From the NCBI GenBank assembly GCA_964402915.1, contig CAYODV010000001.1, positions 1-60,079 on the forward strand: a stretch of 60,079 nt of DNA, given 5' to 3'. The position numbers were made by a program, and so were the translations under genes. This DNA is from an uncultured Candidatus Saccharibacteria bacterium. GTDB lineage: Bacteria > Patescibacteriota > Saccharimonadia > Saccharimonadales > Saccharimonadaceae. The notes under the pieces are model-generated. The model worked only from the letters and a program-made list of their open reading frames with translations, ran no database searches and had not been told where the DNA came from. This document shows, piece after piece, positions 47,637-58,116 of the stretch (its first letter is position 1; the number at the start of each line of letters is the position of its first letter).

Positions 47637-48206
47637 ATGAAACTTTTGATGCATACTTGTTGTGCGCCGTGTTCGGTGTACTGTATTGATTCTCTGCGGG
47701 CGGAGGGGATTGAGCCGACGGTGTTTTGGTATAATCCGAACATTCACCCGTATATGGAATATAAGGCGCGGCGGGATTGCCTGCGGGATTATGTAAAGTC
47801 GATTGGTGTGCGCGGGATTTTCGTAGAGGATTACGGGCTGGACAATTTTTGTAAAGCCGTTTCTTCTGACATTCCGAATCGGTGCGTGAAGTATTGTTAT
47901 CGGGCGAGGTTGTCGCAGACGGTCAAATATGCGCGCGAGCATGGGTTCGACGCCTTTACGACGACGCTCCTCGTGTCGCCATATCAGAAGCATGAGGAGA
48001 TTATTCGCGTTTGCGAGGAGCTTTCTGAGATGTCGGGTGTTCAATTTGTTTATCGGGATTTTCGTGTCGGCTTCCGCGAGGGGCAGAAAAAGGCGCGGGA
48101 GCTGGGGATGTATATGCAGAAGTATTGCGGGTGCGTGTTTTCTGAGGAGGAGCGCTACAAAAAGCAGATTCTCCGTGACATGGAAGCAGGAGTGATTGAA
48201 GTTTGA
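47637..48206 (+). CDS. queH: Epoxyqueuosine reductase QueH
   Basis: HTCCAPCS, YNPNIHP..EY..R, C..YCY..RL, TTLLVSPYQ, Y.QKYCGC.FS. Confidence 0.93.
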   Translation: MKLLMHTCCAPCSVYCIDSLRAEGIEPTVFWYNPNIHPYMEYKARRDCLRDYVKSIGVRGIFVEDYGLDNFCKAVSSDIPNRCVKYCYRARLSQTVKYAREHGFDAFTTTLLVSPYQKHEEIIRVCEELSEMSGVQFVYRDFRVGFREGQKKARELGMYMQKYCGCVFSEEERYKKQILRDMEAGVIEV

Positions 48207-48247
48207 TTTGATGATATAATAATATTAAGTTAAACAAGGATTTGAAG

Positions 48248-48658
48248 ATGGAAAAGTTCAAAAAGTTTATTCCCGCCATTCTCGGCGTGGTTTTGATGGG
48301 CGTGGGAGTTTATTCGTATTTCCGCGCGGGGGAGCTCGTGAAAGTTTGCACGGAAAAAGCGGTAGCGACGGTGGTGGATATGCGTGAAGACATCGACACC
48401 TCGTCGGAGGGGGTGCGCTATATGTACTATCCGATTGTCAGTTATGAGGCTGATGGGCGGACGATTGAAAAGGAGCTTGGCAGTGGCTCAAATACGCCGG
48501 CGTATCGCATTAATGATAAGATTGACATTTTGTACAATCCTGCGAAAGTTGAGGAGTTTATCGTCGCAGGAGAAAACCAGAACATCGCTTGGATTATTCT
48601 CGGCGGGCTGGGTTTGGTGCTTCTTGGGGTGGGGGTTTATGTGATTGTGAAGAAATAA
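48248..48658 (+). CDS. DUF3592-like membrane protein
   Basis: Terminal TM helices, YYPIVSY..DG, ILYNP. Confidence 0.8.
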   Translation: MEKFKKFIPAILGVVLMGVGVYSYFRAGELVKVCTEKAVATVVDMREDIDTSSEGVRYMYYPIVSYEADGRTIEKELGSGSNTPAYRINDKIDILYNPAKVEEFIVAGENQNIAWIILGGLGLVLLGVGVYVIVKK

Positions 48659-48765
48659 TCGTAAGTTCTGGGCTCAAAGTTGCGTTTTTTTGACCGTTTT
48701 GATTCGTTCGGGGCGCGTTTAGTCTAGGCAGTTTCTAGAAAATGTGGTATAATGTCGGGAGTGAG

Positions 48766-48894
48766 TGGGCCGGTAGCTCAGCTCTTGTTTGAGGACGAAT
48801 GTCCGAGACCGTTTTAGCGGAGCACGAGCCAAGGCGTCACAGAACATCACAAATCGCGGTGAGCAAAGTCCCGATATGGGCCGGTAGCTCAGCT
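48766..48894 (+). repeat. 18-bp direct repeat of the tRNA-Lys 5' end flanking a 93-bp insert
   Basis: TGGGCCGGTAGCTCAGCT at 48766-48783 and 48877-48894. Confidence 0.85.
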
Positions 48895-48954
48895 GGTTAG
48901 AGCACGAGCCTCTTAAGCTTGGTGTCGAGGGTTCGAGTCCCTCCCGGCTCACCA
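48878..48954 (+). tRNA. tRNA-Lys(CTT)
   Basis: GGGCCGG/CCGGCTC acceptor, CGAGC-CT-CTT-AA-GCTTG, TTCGAGT, CCA. Confidence 0.97.
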
Positions 48955-48973
48955 ATTTTGTTTGAGTTGTTCT

Positions 48974-49789
48974 ATGTTTGAAAAGAAGTGCGAATTGTTA
49001 TTTAAAGATTTTTCTCCTAGTGGGAGGATTATTTGTAGTTTGTCGAATTGGGATGGGGTATGTTTTAAGATACCAAAACCTCGGTTTTCTGATAGCGCAT
49101 CGCTACCAGAAATTAAAAATACCGGCATCTATTTCTTGATTGGTAACGATTTGGATGGAACCGATATCTATGTTGGTGAGGGCGAAAATTTATATAAGCG
49201 AATTGAGCAGCACATGGGAGAGGATACATGGCAAGAAGCTTATATTGTCACCAGAAAAGGAAATGGGCTCAATAAAGCTCATGCGAAGTATCTCGAACAC
49301 TACTTCTATCAAAAAGCAATCGAAACGAAGTATTATAAAGTTCTAAACAAAAGTATACCGACAAAATCGAGTCTTTCCGTTTTCGATGCCGAAGACATGA
49401 AAGAATTTATTTATTATACAACTATGCTGGTTGATTTCTTGGGATGCGGAGCTTTTATTGCGACGGCAGAAAAACAGTCTATTTCGGGAGATCTATATAT
49501 TGAATCCGTAGGTATAAAGGCGCACGGCAAAATGCTCGACAATGAGTTTGTGGTGCTAAAAGGTTCACAGAGCAGGACAGAATTCAAAAAGGCTAGTTCG
49601 AATAGCCTAAGACGAAAATGGGAGCAGCTTCGAACCGATAGAACAATAATCAATGATCATTTTGCAAAAGATTGCTCTTTCCCATCGCCATCAACAGCTG
49701 CTGCTGTTGTCCTAGGCAGGAACGCAAACGGCTTATCCGAGTGGAAAAACGCCGACGGTGTCACGCTGAAAGATATTTTATCTAAATAG
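48974..49789 (+). CDS. GIY-YIG nuclease with C-terminal DUF4357
   Basis: GIYFL, IYVGE.EN..RI.QH, KYLE; FVVLKGS, F.SPS.AA..VLGR.ANG..EWK. Confidence 0.88.
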   Translation: MFEKKCELLFKDFSPSGRIICSLSNWDGVCFKIPKPRFSDSASLPEIKNTGIYFLIGNDLDGTDIYVGEGENLYKRIEQHMGEDTWQEAYIVTRKGNGLNKAHAKYLEHYFYQKAIETKYYKVLNKSIPTKSSLSVFDAEDMKEFIYYTTMLVDFLGCGAFIATAEKQSISGDLYIESVGIKAHGKMLDNEFVVLKGSQSRTEFKKASSNSLRRKWEQLRTDRTIINDHFAKDCSFPSPSTAAAVVLGRNANGLSEWKNADGVTLKDILSK

Positions 49790-49901
49790 CGTTCCGCGAT
49801 AAACTGATAGCTATATGCATATCACGTTTTAAGTGAAATTGGATGATATGTGAGGAGGTTGGTCTGGAGATTGGGTTAAAAAATGCCCACCTAGTAAGTC
49901 T

Positions 49902-52900
49902 TTAGATTGCTCCGAAATATTTCTCGAAGAAGCTCACAAGGCGCTCAATAACGCCCTTTTTCTTACCCGAGCGATTACTGTCGCCAAAGCGTGACATAGC
50001 TGGTATAATGCGATCTACGTCGGTTCCTGTGGTCTTAAATACGCCATCGCGGAATGAGTTAGCGATAAGCCTTCTAGTTTCTGTAGGATTTAGATTGTTA
50101 TCCTCAATGATCTTAGTAAGTTCATTTTCGCGTTCAGCATTGATAAAGCGTTGCCATGCGTCGTGAATTTCGCCATTCTCATGCAAAGAGTAGAGATTGA
50201 TAAAGTCGTGGATGAGTTCCTTTTTGCTTCTGAGTTCAATGCTCGCGTCGACGGCTTTGTCTATGCTCGTGAGAATATCTTTGTTCTCGCAGTTAGTTTC
50301 GTGATACTTAGCGACCAGTGCAAGAATGTAGTCGACGTTAACTTCCGCTTGGCGCACGAGTTCAATTTCGAATACCAGGTCGTCATTTACATCTTCTTTT
50401 TCAGTCTGACCAGATGGGCGTAGTTCTTGATATAGGTCGAGATATTCGCTCTGATAATTCTGCAAATCTCTTGGCGACAAGATATCTTCTTGCTCGAATC
50501 TGTCGAACGAGGTGAGAATATTGCGCATCCTTAAGATTTTGCCAAATAGTTTAATGAAGTCTTTTTGATTCTGTTCGCCCTCAATGCGTTCGCCAAGCGG
50601 AAATTTCTCGGAAAGCTCGGTAATTAACTCGGCGTAGCCGACTTTATGTTCGCCGTTTTCGTCGTAGCCATTGAAGTACTCGTCGTAGCTCTTTAGGAGT
50701 ACGATGCCGCTCGCGTCGCGGTCGCTAAATAAACCAATTGCTTCGTCGACTTTTTCAGCTAAGTTACGGAAGCAAATGATGTTGCCGAATTGCTTGACGG
50801 AGTTAAGAATGCGGTTAGTGCGCGAGAACGCTTGCACTAAGCCATGCATCTTCAATTCTTTATCTACCCAAAGCGTATTGAGCGTCGTTGCGTCGAAGCC
50901 AGTCAGGAACATATTGACGACGATAAGCAGATCTACTTCGCGGTTCTTTACGCGTAAAGATAAATCTTTGTAGTAGTTTTGGAACGAATCACTAGATGTA
51001 TCATAATTTGTGTTGAAAGCTTTATTATAATCAGAAATCGCTGACTCGAGAAAATCGCGAGAATTTTGATCAAGCGTAGATGTATCGAAATCTTCATCCG
51101 GAAATATGTCATCTGGATCATCTTCATTTGGTGCAAAACTAAAGATTGTTGCGATTTTAAGCGCGCTGTTTCTCTCGTCAAGTTGCTTTTTAAACTCAGT
51201 ATAGTACTTCATTGCGGCCGGAATGGACGCAACTGCAAAAATAGAGTTAAAGCCGCTTATCCTACTAAGCAATGTCTCGCGTTTTGAATCGCCAAACCTT
51301 ACAACGTCAGCCACGTTCATCGTGCGATTAAAGCTATAGAATTGATTCCTTTTGGTCTTTTGGTCGAAATGGTCAAGAATGTATGAAGTAACTATTGAAA
51401 CGCGTTCGTCGCTGAGCAACGCATGCTCGCGGTCGATGCTACTTACTTGTTTATCGGCGATATCACTCTTCTCTTTGACGGTATTGATATAGTCGATGCG
51501 GAATGGAAGCACATTTTTGTCGTTGATGGCATCTACAATCGTGTACGTGTGAAGCTTGTCGCCAAAGGCTTGTTCTGTCGTTCTTAGCATCGGACTGCCA
51601 CTACTGCCGGCATTGGACGCAAAAATCGGCGTGCCGGTAAAGCCAAATAGATGGTAATTCTTGAATGCCTTTGCAATTGCGGTGTGCATATCGCCAAATT
51701 GCGAGCGATGACATTCGTCAAAGATGATTACGACGTGTTTTTGATATACTTCGTGTTCTGGATTTTTCTTGATGAATACGCCAAGTTTCTGGATTGTTGT
51801 TACAATAATGCGCGAATTATCCGATTCGAGCTGCCTTTGAAGGACGCGTGTTGAAGTGTTGCCATTTGCAGCACCTTTTTCAAAGCGGTCGTATTCTTTC
51901 ATTGTCTGATAATCTAGATCTTTGCGGTCTACTACGAATAAGACCTTATCGATATACGGCATCTTTGCTACGAGCTGAGCAGTCTTGAAGCTTGTCAATG
52001 TTTTCCCCGAGCCGGTAGTATGCCAAATATAGCCGCCTGCGGCCGCCCGGCCAAGTTTCTTGTAGTTTGTTGAGGTTTCTATGCGATTAATGATTCTTTC
52101 GGTTGCTACGATTTGATATGGGCGCATCACGAGTAGTTTATTGTCGGTATCGAAAACACAGTAGCGCGTCAAAATATTGAGAATCGTATGCTTTGAGAAG
52201 AATGTCTTGGCAAAATCTACTAAATCCGGAATCGTCTTGTTCTTTGCATCTGCCCAGTAACTTGTGAATTCAAAGCTATTACTTGTCTTTTTGGATTTTC
52301 TGCGACCTTCGCGCCCAAGCTCTTTAATATGGCTTTCGCGCGTCGTGTTTGAATAGTATTTTGTATGGGTGCCATTAGAGATTACAAAGATTTGAACATA
52401 TTCAAAAAGACCGTCGCCTGAATAGAAACTTTCGCGAGAGTATCGCTTTATCTGATTAAAGGCCTCGCGAATCTCTACCCCGCGGCGCTTGAGTTCGATA
52501 TGGACGAGCGGTAAACCGTTGACGAGAATAGTAACGTCATAGCGATTATCACGCTTGGCGCCATCTGTGGTTTTGGCTTCGTATTGATTAATAACCTGGA
52601 GGGTGTTATTATGAACGTTTTTCTTGTCGATAAGATAAATATTCTTCGTTAGCCCATTGTCTTGCTCGAGAATTTGGACATAATCGGTTTGGATTTTGCG
52701 CGTCTTCTCGACAATCCCCTCAGAGTTCCCAACAATTTTTTCAACAAAAAATCGGAACCATTCAGAATCGGTAAATTTGTATTTATTTAATTTTTCCAGC
52801 TGGGCTCTTAGGTTATCTTCAAGGCCGTATGGATTATGTATCGGTAAATATTCATAGCCTTGTTCTTGCAAGTTCCGAATTAATTCTTGCTCGAGTTCGG

Positions 52901-52997
52901 CTTCGCTTTGGTAAGCCGCATATTTTTTATCTTCAGGCTTATATTCAGCGAGTACCGTAGAGACTTCGCTTTCCGAGATTATATTGTATCTGCCCAT
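49902..52997 (-). CDS. hsdR: Type I restriction endonuclease subunit R (type IC-like)
   Basis: RYDVTILVNGLPLVHIELK, WHTTGSGKT, DECHRSQ, FTGTP, MFLTGFD, QAFSRTNR. Confidence 0.97.
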   Translation of the reverse strand: MGRYNIISESEVSTVLAEYKPEDKKYAAYQSEAELEQELIRNLQEQGYEYLPIHNPYGLEDNLRAQLEKLNKYKFTDSEWFRFFVEKIVGNSEGIVEKTRKIQTDYVQILEQDNGLTKNIYLIDKKNVHNNTLQVINQYEAKTTDGAKRDNRYDVTILVNGLPLVHIELKRRGVEIREAFNQIKRYSRESFYSGDGLFEYVQIFVISNGTHTKYYSNTTRESHIKELGREGRRKSKKTSNSFEFTSYWADAKNKTIPDLVDFAKTFFSKHTILNILTRYCVFDTDNKLLVMRPYQIVATERIINRIETSTNYKKLGRAAAGGYIWHTTGSGKTLTSFKTAQLVAKMPYIDKVLFVVDRKDLDYQTMKEYDRFEKGAANGNTSTRVLQRQLESDNSRIIVTTIQKLGVFIKKNPEHEVYQKHVVIIFDECHRSQFGDMHTAIAKAFKNYHLFGFTGTPIFASNAGSSGSPMLRTTEQAFGDKLHTYTIVDAINDKNVLPFRIDYINTVKEKSDIADKQVSSIDREHALLSDERVSIVTSYILDHFDQKTKRNQFYSFNRTMNVADVVRFGDSKRETLLSRISGFNSIFAVASIPAAMKYYTEFKKQLDERNSALKIATIFSFAPNEDDPDDIFPDEDFDTSTLDQNSRDFLESAISDYNKAFNTNYDTSSDSFQNYYKDLSLRVKNREVDLLIVVNMFLTGFDATTLNTLWVDKELKMHGLVQAFSRTNRILNSVKQFGNIICFRNLAEKVDEAIGLFSDRDASGIVLLKSYDEYFNGYDENGEHKVGYAELITELSEKFPLGERIEGEQNQKDFIKLFGKILRMRNILTSFDRFEQEDILSPRDLQNYQSEYLDLYQELRPSGQTEKEDVNDDLVFEIELVRQAEVNVDYILALVAKYHETNCENKDILTSIDKAVDASIELRSKKELIHDFINLYSLHENGEIHDAWQRFINAERENELTKIIEDNNLNPTETRRLIANSFRDGVFKTTGTDVDRIIPAMSRFGDSNRSGKKKGVIERLVSFFEKYFGAI

Positions 52998-53031
52998 GTT
53001 ATAATTATAACATTTTTATGCACATCGAACA

Positions 53032-54139
53032 CTACTGACGCAAGATGTTATCAATATCCCATTTATAATCTTTAATAAACTGCTTAAAGAAGGTTTTAAA
53101 TAGTTCTATGTCGTCTGAATTATATATCTTCTTGTCGTCTAATTCTGATATTCTACTATGGGAGTAGCTTTGCAATAACTGGACGACAATGCCCTTTTTA
53201 TCTAAATTATCGCTTAGGCATTCTTTCCAGTTTCCGCCGCCGTATCCCAAAAATGAAGCAGTCTTTTCCAATATATTTCTAAACATATTAAAATGTATTT
53301 TTTCGATAGCTCCGCCGTTGTCGATAATGCCCTTTATGATCTTTATTTCTTCTATATGATATCCGAATGGTGAACTATCTTGCTCCTCCACAATAAAACT
53401 GGAACTATTTTTAGATATTCTATATTTTTTGGCTTTATTCTCTCTGCTGGCCAATATATTAAATAATGATCGATTAGTGTCATGATTAAGATGCCAACCT
53501 CCTTGCCATTTTTTCGTAAGGACGAGACCATTCTTAGAATAGAATTTGAAATATCGTAAGCTACGGCTGTAATTTTTTCTTCTCCTAGCGACGTAATTGG
53601 ATCGTCTATGACAATATAATTTAAGTTGGCATAATCTGAATTTTCGTTATCTTTTTCTTCTATGACCATCTTTGCAAGAACACTAAAATAGACCATACAA
53701 AAATTGATTCTTCGCCTTTTGATATTTTTATTGACTCTCTATTATTTTCAGCGTCGTCGCCGGTGGCAAGCGAAAAAGTAATTTTTGATATTCTGTTATT
53801 TTCTATAACAAAATTCGGTTCTATTTTGGACCCTACTAGTTCCTTAAACTTTTCTTTAATTTCACCATCCAGGCCTTGGGTGATGATAGCGTCATCAATA
53901 ATTGAGTTATTAACTTCTATATAAAACTCGTCATTCTCTAAATCATTCATCCAGGTAAACGATTCTTCCATAAAAGTGTTAAAACAGAGGCATTCCTCTG
54001 GCTCCTTTTTAGAGCTCAAGTATCTTGAAATAGTTGTTTTACCAGTAGAATTATTCGCAAAGATTAAAAAAGTACTATTATCTCCAGCACTAATTATCTT
54101 TTCTGATATTTCGTTAAGATTAGTATACTCGCCTTCCAT
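53032..54139 (-). pseudogene. prrC: PrrC-like anticodon nuclease (ABC ATPase + HEPN) split by two 1-nt deletions
   Basis: FANNSTGKT, FNTFMEESFTWMND, ISKGEE, IDDPITSL, HFNMFRNILEKTASFLG, SYSH; located between hsdS and hsdR. Confidence 0.82.
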
Positions 54140-54144
54140 ATTAT

Positions 54145-55359
54145 CTATTTCTTTCCATCGAAAGAGAGAAGTTTGTTGCGATAATATTCGTATTGCTTTT
54201 TTCGCGCTTTGATTTCGGCCGGCAAGCCAATTTTTAGGTCATTACAAACGGCGTCAAAGTTATCGAGAACGTAGACTATGCGTTGCTGGATATCCTTCGT
54301 TGGGACGGGGATTTTTACAGCCCTAATATCATTGTTGTAAATCCTGGCGATCGTTCCGCCGGACGAAACTCGCCAAGGTTTCGTCTGATAGAAATAGTAG
54401 AGATATCTATTTGTGACTTTTTCTTCATCATTATCTATCCAAACTATATTTGAATCTTGGAAATATGCCGGCGCTCCGTCGAATACTACGGCTCTTCCTA
54501 TCGTTCCGGCAGCAGAAATCAAGACGTCGCCTTTTTTAGGGTAACTATATTTTCTCTTATATTCTTCAAATAATTCTGGCGCTATATATGAATCTTCCTT
54601 TTTGCCGAAGGTTCCGATTTTAAAGAACGGAATGCCGGCATTTTGCGTTTGATTCTTGAGTATGCGTTTGCACATACAAACTTAACCGATATCACCGAGC
54701 GTGAGCCATTCAACTTGCCCCCCCTCACAGGCTATATTCTCGAATGAGAGAAGATGGTCACGATAATGCTCGTATTGCTGTTTTCTCTTAGTGAGCTCCG
54801 CTTCCAGCTCCGCTTCCAGCTCCGTAAATGAGTTTAGCATCCCGACGATTTCTTGTTGAATTTCAAGTGGCGGTACTGGGATTTTAATTTTCTTTATACC
54901 GTCAGGGGATAGATGCATAATAGTTGTGCCGCGAACATATTTCATTTTTCTTTGTTCAAACCAAGCACTATTTAAAAGATGTACAAGAAAGCCCGGAATT
55001 TGTCCATGTCTTAAACATAATGCATCGCCTCCTAAATAAACAGGCTCGTCTACGCAGATTGCCGAGGCTTTTCCTATTTGAGCCTCTTTAGTGGTACTCG
55101 ATATAGGAATTACGATATCGTTTTTCTGAAGTAGAGTAGAGTTTTTTGCTTTATCAAAGTCAGCGTGTGATACAATTTTGGTTATGTAGTTCCCGTAGGT
55201 GGTATAGAGTTCCCCATAAAGGATAATATTCGTGTCGCCATCGTTTTTATCGGACTTGGACATTCCTTTGCCACGGATAAATTTGCAGATATCACCAAGC
55301 GGCCTATACTCTACGCCATCTGGACATTTTTCTTTAATTAATTCATCTATCTTGCTCAT
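54145..55359 (-). CDS. hsdS: Type I RM specificity subunit, split into two same-frame halves by TAA at 54682-54684
   Basis: [35 protein letters not shown]; second half ends [21 protein letters not shown]. Confidence 0.9.
54794..54824. repeat. 12-bp tandem repeat in the hsdS spacer helix
   Basis: AGCTCCGCTTCC x2 plus AGCTCCG, encoding [10 protein letters not shown]. Confidence 0.85.
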
Positions 55360-56371
55360 TGCACTCCCCAATCATTTTTTTAACTTCTTTATCGAAGTCT
55401 GAATCTATTTTTTGAGTTTTGTTAAACTCCGTATATTCAGCAATCGCTTTTCTATCGGCCTCTTTCTTTGAGATGCGACCCTTGCCTTCTAGAATCTTGA
55501 AACGACGGAAGTTTAGAAATTCGTTAACACTTCTCGCAAAGTCTTCCATCGTGAAAGTAACTTCATTCTCGATTAAGTCTTCAATATAATCGAAGAATCC
55601 AGTAACGGCGCGTTCAAGCCTGCGGATTTGGTTTTCGTCTAGATAGTTTTTTGCAACCGTAACATCGGATTTAAGGATCCTGCCGTTTGGTGAATTTTTC
55701 CAAGTTGTTAAGCCCATGTTTGGTTTTGAGCGGTCGACATGTGTGTCAATTATTTCGGCTGCTGTTTGGCCGGTGATGGCGTAATGGAATTTGTTTTGAA
55801 TCATTGCGTAAAAGTCGTGCGTTATCTCGGAATTTTTGTCATAATCGATGCTGCATTCAGCGAAAATATCGGTAATTTGTTGCCAAATACGTCTCTCGCT
55901 TGCGCGAATTGAACGTACGCGTTCCAGGAGCTCGCGGAAGTAATCTTTACCGAAGGCCGTTTCACCTTGTTTTAATCTGTCATCGTCAAGAACGAAACCT
56001 TTTGTTAAGTATTCTCTAAGGACTTTCGTTGCCCAAATTCTGAAATGCGTTGCTCGTGATGAATTGACGCGGTAGCCAACGGAGATAATGGCGTCGAGAT
56101 TGTAGAGCGTTACCTGTTGCGACTGGGTCTTATCGATAATCGCGCCGTGGCTTGTGGTTATTTCCATTTTGGAAACTACCACATTTTGGTCTAGCTCGCC
56201 CTCTTCGAATATGTTTTTTAAATGTTTACTAATCGCCGGAACGTTTACGCCGAATAATTCCGCCATAAGTTTTTGAGTTAGCCAAATACTCTCATCCTTA
56301 ATAATGGGGTTGATGAATACCTCTTCGTCCTTTGATTTGTAAATGAGGAACTTAAAATCGCTAGGCAGCAT
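55343..56371 (-). CDS. RhuM family protein
   Basis: [48 protein letters not shown]. Confidence 0.92.
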   Translation of the reverse strand: MLPSDFKFLIYKSKDEEVFINPIIKDESIWLTQKLMAELFGVNVPAISKHLKNIFEEGELDQNVVVSKMEITTSHGAIIDKTQSQQVTLYNLDAIISVGYRVNSSRATHFRIWATKVLREYLTKGFVLDDDRLKQGETAFGKDYFRELLERVRSIRASERRIWQQITDIFAECSIDYDKNSEITHDFYAMIQNKFHYAITGQTAAEIIDTHVDRSKPNMGLTTWKNSPNGRILKSDVTVAKNYLDENQIRRLERAVTGFFDYIEDLIENEVTFTMEDFARSVNEFLNFRRFKILEGKGRISKKEADRKAIAEYTEFNKTQKIDSDFDKEVKKMIGECNEQDR

Positions 56372-57938
56372 GTTCACCTCCTTCGATTTCTTCAATTATC
56401 TTATCGATCTTTTGGCGAAGTTCGTTTTCATGAGCTACAATTTCTTTAATTTCGGCGTTGAGCTTTTTAATGTCTATCTTGGGGCAACTATCCTCCGGTT
56501 CTATGTAAGTTGATACAGAAAGGTTGTAGTTCTGCTCAGCTACTTCGCTGTTTGGTACTAGGCGAACGAGATGGTCGACATCTTTACGCTCTTTTATCCA
56601 TTCAAGAATCTTCTCGATATTTGCGTCGGTTAGCTTGTTGCTGTTTGTGGCTTTAATGAATTCTTTGCTTGCGTCGACGAATAATGTTGAGTTTTCGGAT
56701 TTGCTCTTTCGAAGAACCATAATGCAGGTTGTGATGCTCGTGCCGTAGAATAAGTTGTCTGGCAGTTGGATTATGGCATCTATAAAGTTATTATCTACTA
56801 GGTATTTGCGAATCTTCTGTTCGGCGCCACCGCGGTACATGATACCTGGGAAGCAAACGATTGCAGCTGCGCCATTTGTTGCGAGCCAAGAAAGCGAGTG
56901 CATGATAAATGCGAGGTCGGCTTTTGATTTAGGGGCTAGAACGCCAGCAGGAGAGAAACGTTGGTCGTTGATGAGGACTGGGTTGCTCTCACCTTCCCAG
57001 TGGATTGAGTATGGCGGGTTGGACACGATTGCCTCGAACGGTTCATCGTCCCAGTGTTGTGGGTCCGTGAGCGTATCCCCAAGTGCGATGTCGAATTTAT
57101 CGTAGTCGATATCGTGTAGAAACATGTTGATGCGACAGAGGTTGTAAGTCGTAATGTTAATTTCCTGACCGTAAAAACCTTGACGGACATTGTCGCGACC
57201 GAGAATTTTTGCGGACTTGAGGAGAAGAGAACCAGAACCACAAGCCGGATCGTAAACCTTGTTGACAGATGTTTTACCCATGACAACAAGTTTAGTTAGG
57301 AGTTCTGAAACTTCCTGCGGAGTAAAGAATTCACCACCAGATTTACCGGCGCTCGATGCATACATGCCCATAAGGAATTCGTAGGCGTCGCCGAATGCGT
57401 CGATGGTATTATCTTGGTAATTGCCGAGTTTCATCTCGCCAACACCATCCATAAGTTGAGCGAGATGTTCATTGCGCTTTGCCACGGAACTACCCAGTTT
57501 GTTACTATTGACGTCGAGGTCATCAAAGAGACCTTTCATATCATACTCGGAATCATGGCCTTTTGCAGAGTCTTCAATGGAGTTTAGAGCTTTTTCGAGT
57601 GTTTCGTTTAGATTCTCGTCGTTTCGTGCGTTTTTGCGAACGTTCTTAAAGAGCTGGCTCGGCAGAATAAAGAAACCTTTAGTGGCTATCATATCTTCGC
57701 GGATTATTTCGGCCTGCTCGTCGGAGATATTGGCGTAGTCAAAGCTTGTGTCACCGGTATCGCGTTCGTTTTTATTTATGTAATTAGTTAAGTTCTCAGA
57801 AACGAATCTATAGAAGAGCATGCCAAGGATGTACTGCTTGAAATCCCAGCCATCTACTGAACCGCGTAGATCGTTGGCGATATTCCAAATAGTACGATGT
57901 AATTCAGCGCGCTCCTGTTCTTTTTTGGTGTCAGCCAT
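56361..57938 (-). CDS. hsdM: Type I RM methyltransferase subunit M
   Basis: GEFFTP, YDPACGSGSLL, SNPPY. Confidence 0.98.
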   Translation of the reverse strand: MADTKKEQERAELHRTIWNIANDLRGSVDGWDFKQYILGMLFYRFVSENLTNYINKNERDTGDTSFDYANISDEQAEIIREDMIATKGFFILPSQLFKNVRKNARNDENLNETLEKALNSIEDSAKGHDSEYDMKGLFDDLDVNSNKLGSSVAKRNEHLAQLMDGVGEMKLGNYQDNTIDAFGDAYEFLMGMYASSAGKSGGEFFTPQEVSELLTKLVVMGKTSVNKVYDPACGSGSLLLKSAKILGRDNVRQGFYGQEINITTYNLCRINMFLHDIDYDKFDIALGDTLTDPQHWDDEPFEAIVSNPPYSIHWEGESNPVLINDQRFSPAGVLAPKSKADLAFIMHSLSWLATNGAAAIVCFPGIMYRGGAEQKIRKYLVDNNFIDAIIQLPDNLFYGTSITTCIMVLRKSKSENSTLFVDASKEFIKATNSNKLTDANIEKILEWIKERKDVDHLVRLVPNSEVAEQNYNLSVSTYIEPEDSCPKIDIKKLNAEIKEIVAHENELRQKIDKIIEEIEGGEHAA

Positions 57939-58116
57939 AAAGTAAAACTCCGAGTTAAAATGATGAATAGCTTGCCTTCTATTATATCATATGAAGTGTG
58001 CTCTTCTGGACAAGTAGCGTCTTCAACATCACCTCACGAAGGATAATTTATAGTGCTATGCCATATATCTTTTTCCTCCAGAGGAGCACACCTACTTGGT
58101 GGCGAAGTTATCGGTC

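Noticed and set aside
54682-54684. Stop-codon reassignment explaining the hsdS stop
   Set aside because: TAA, TAG and TGA all end conserved genes normally in this window
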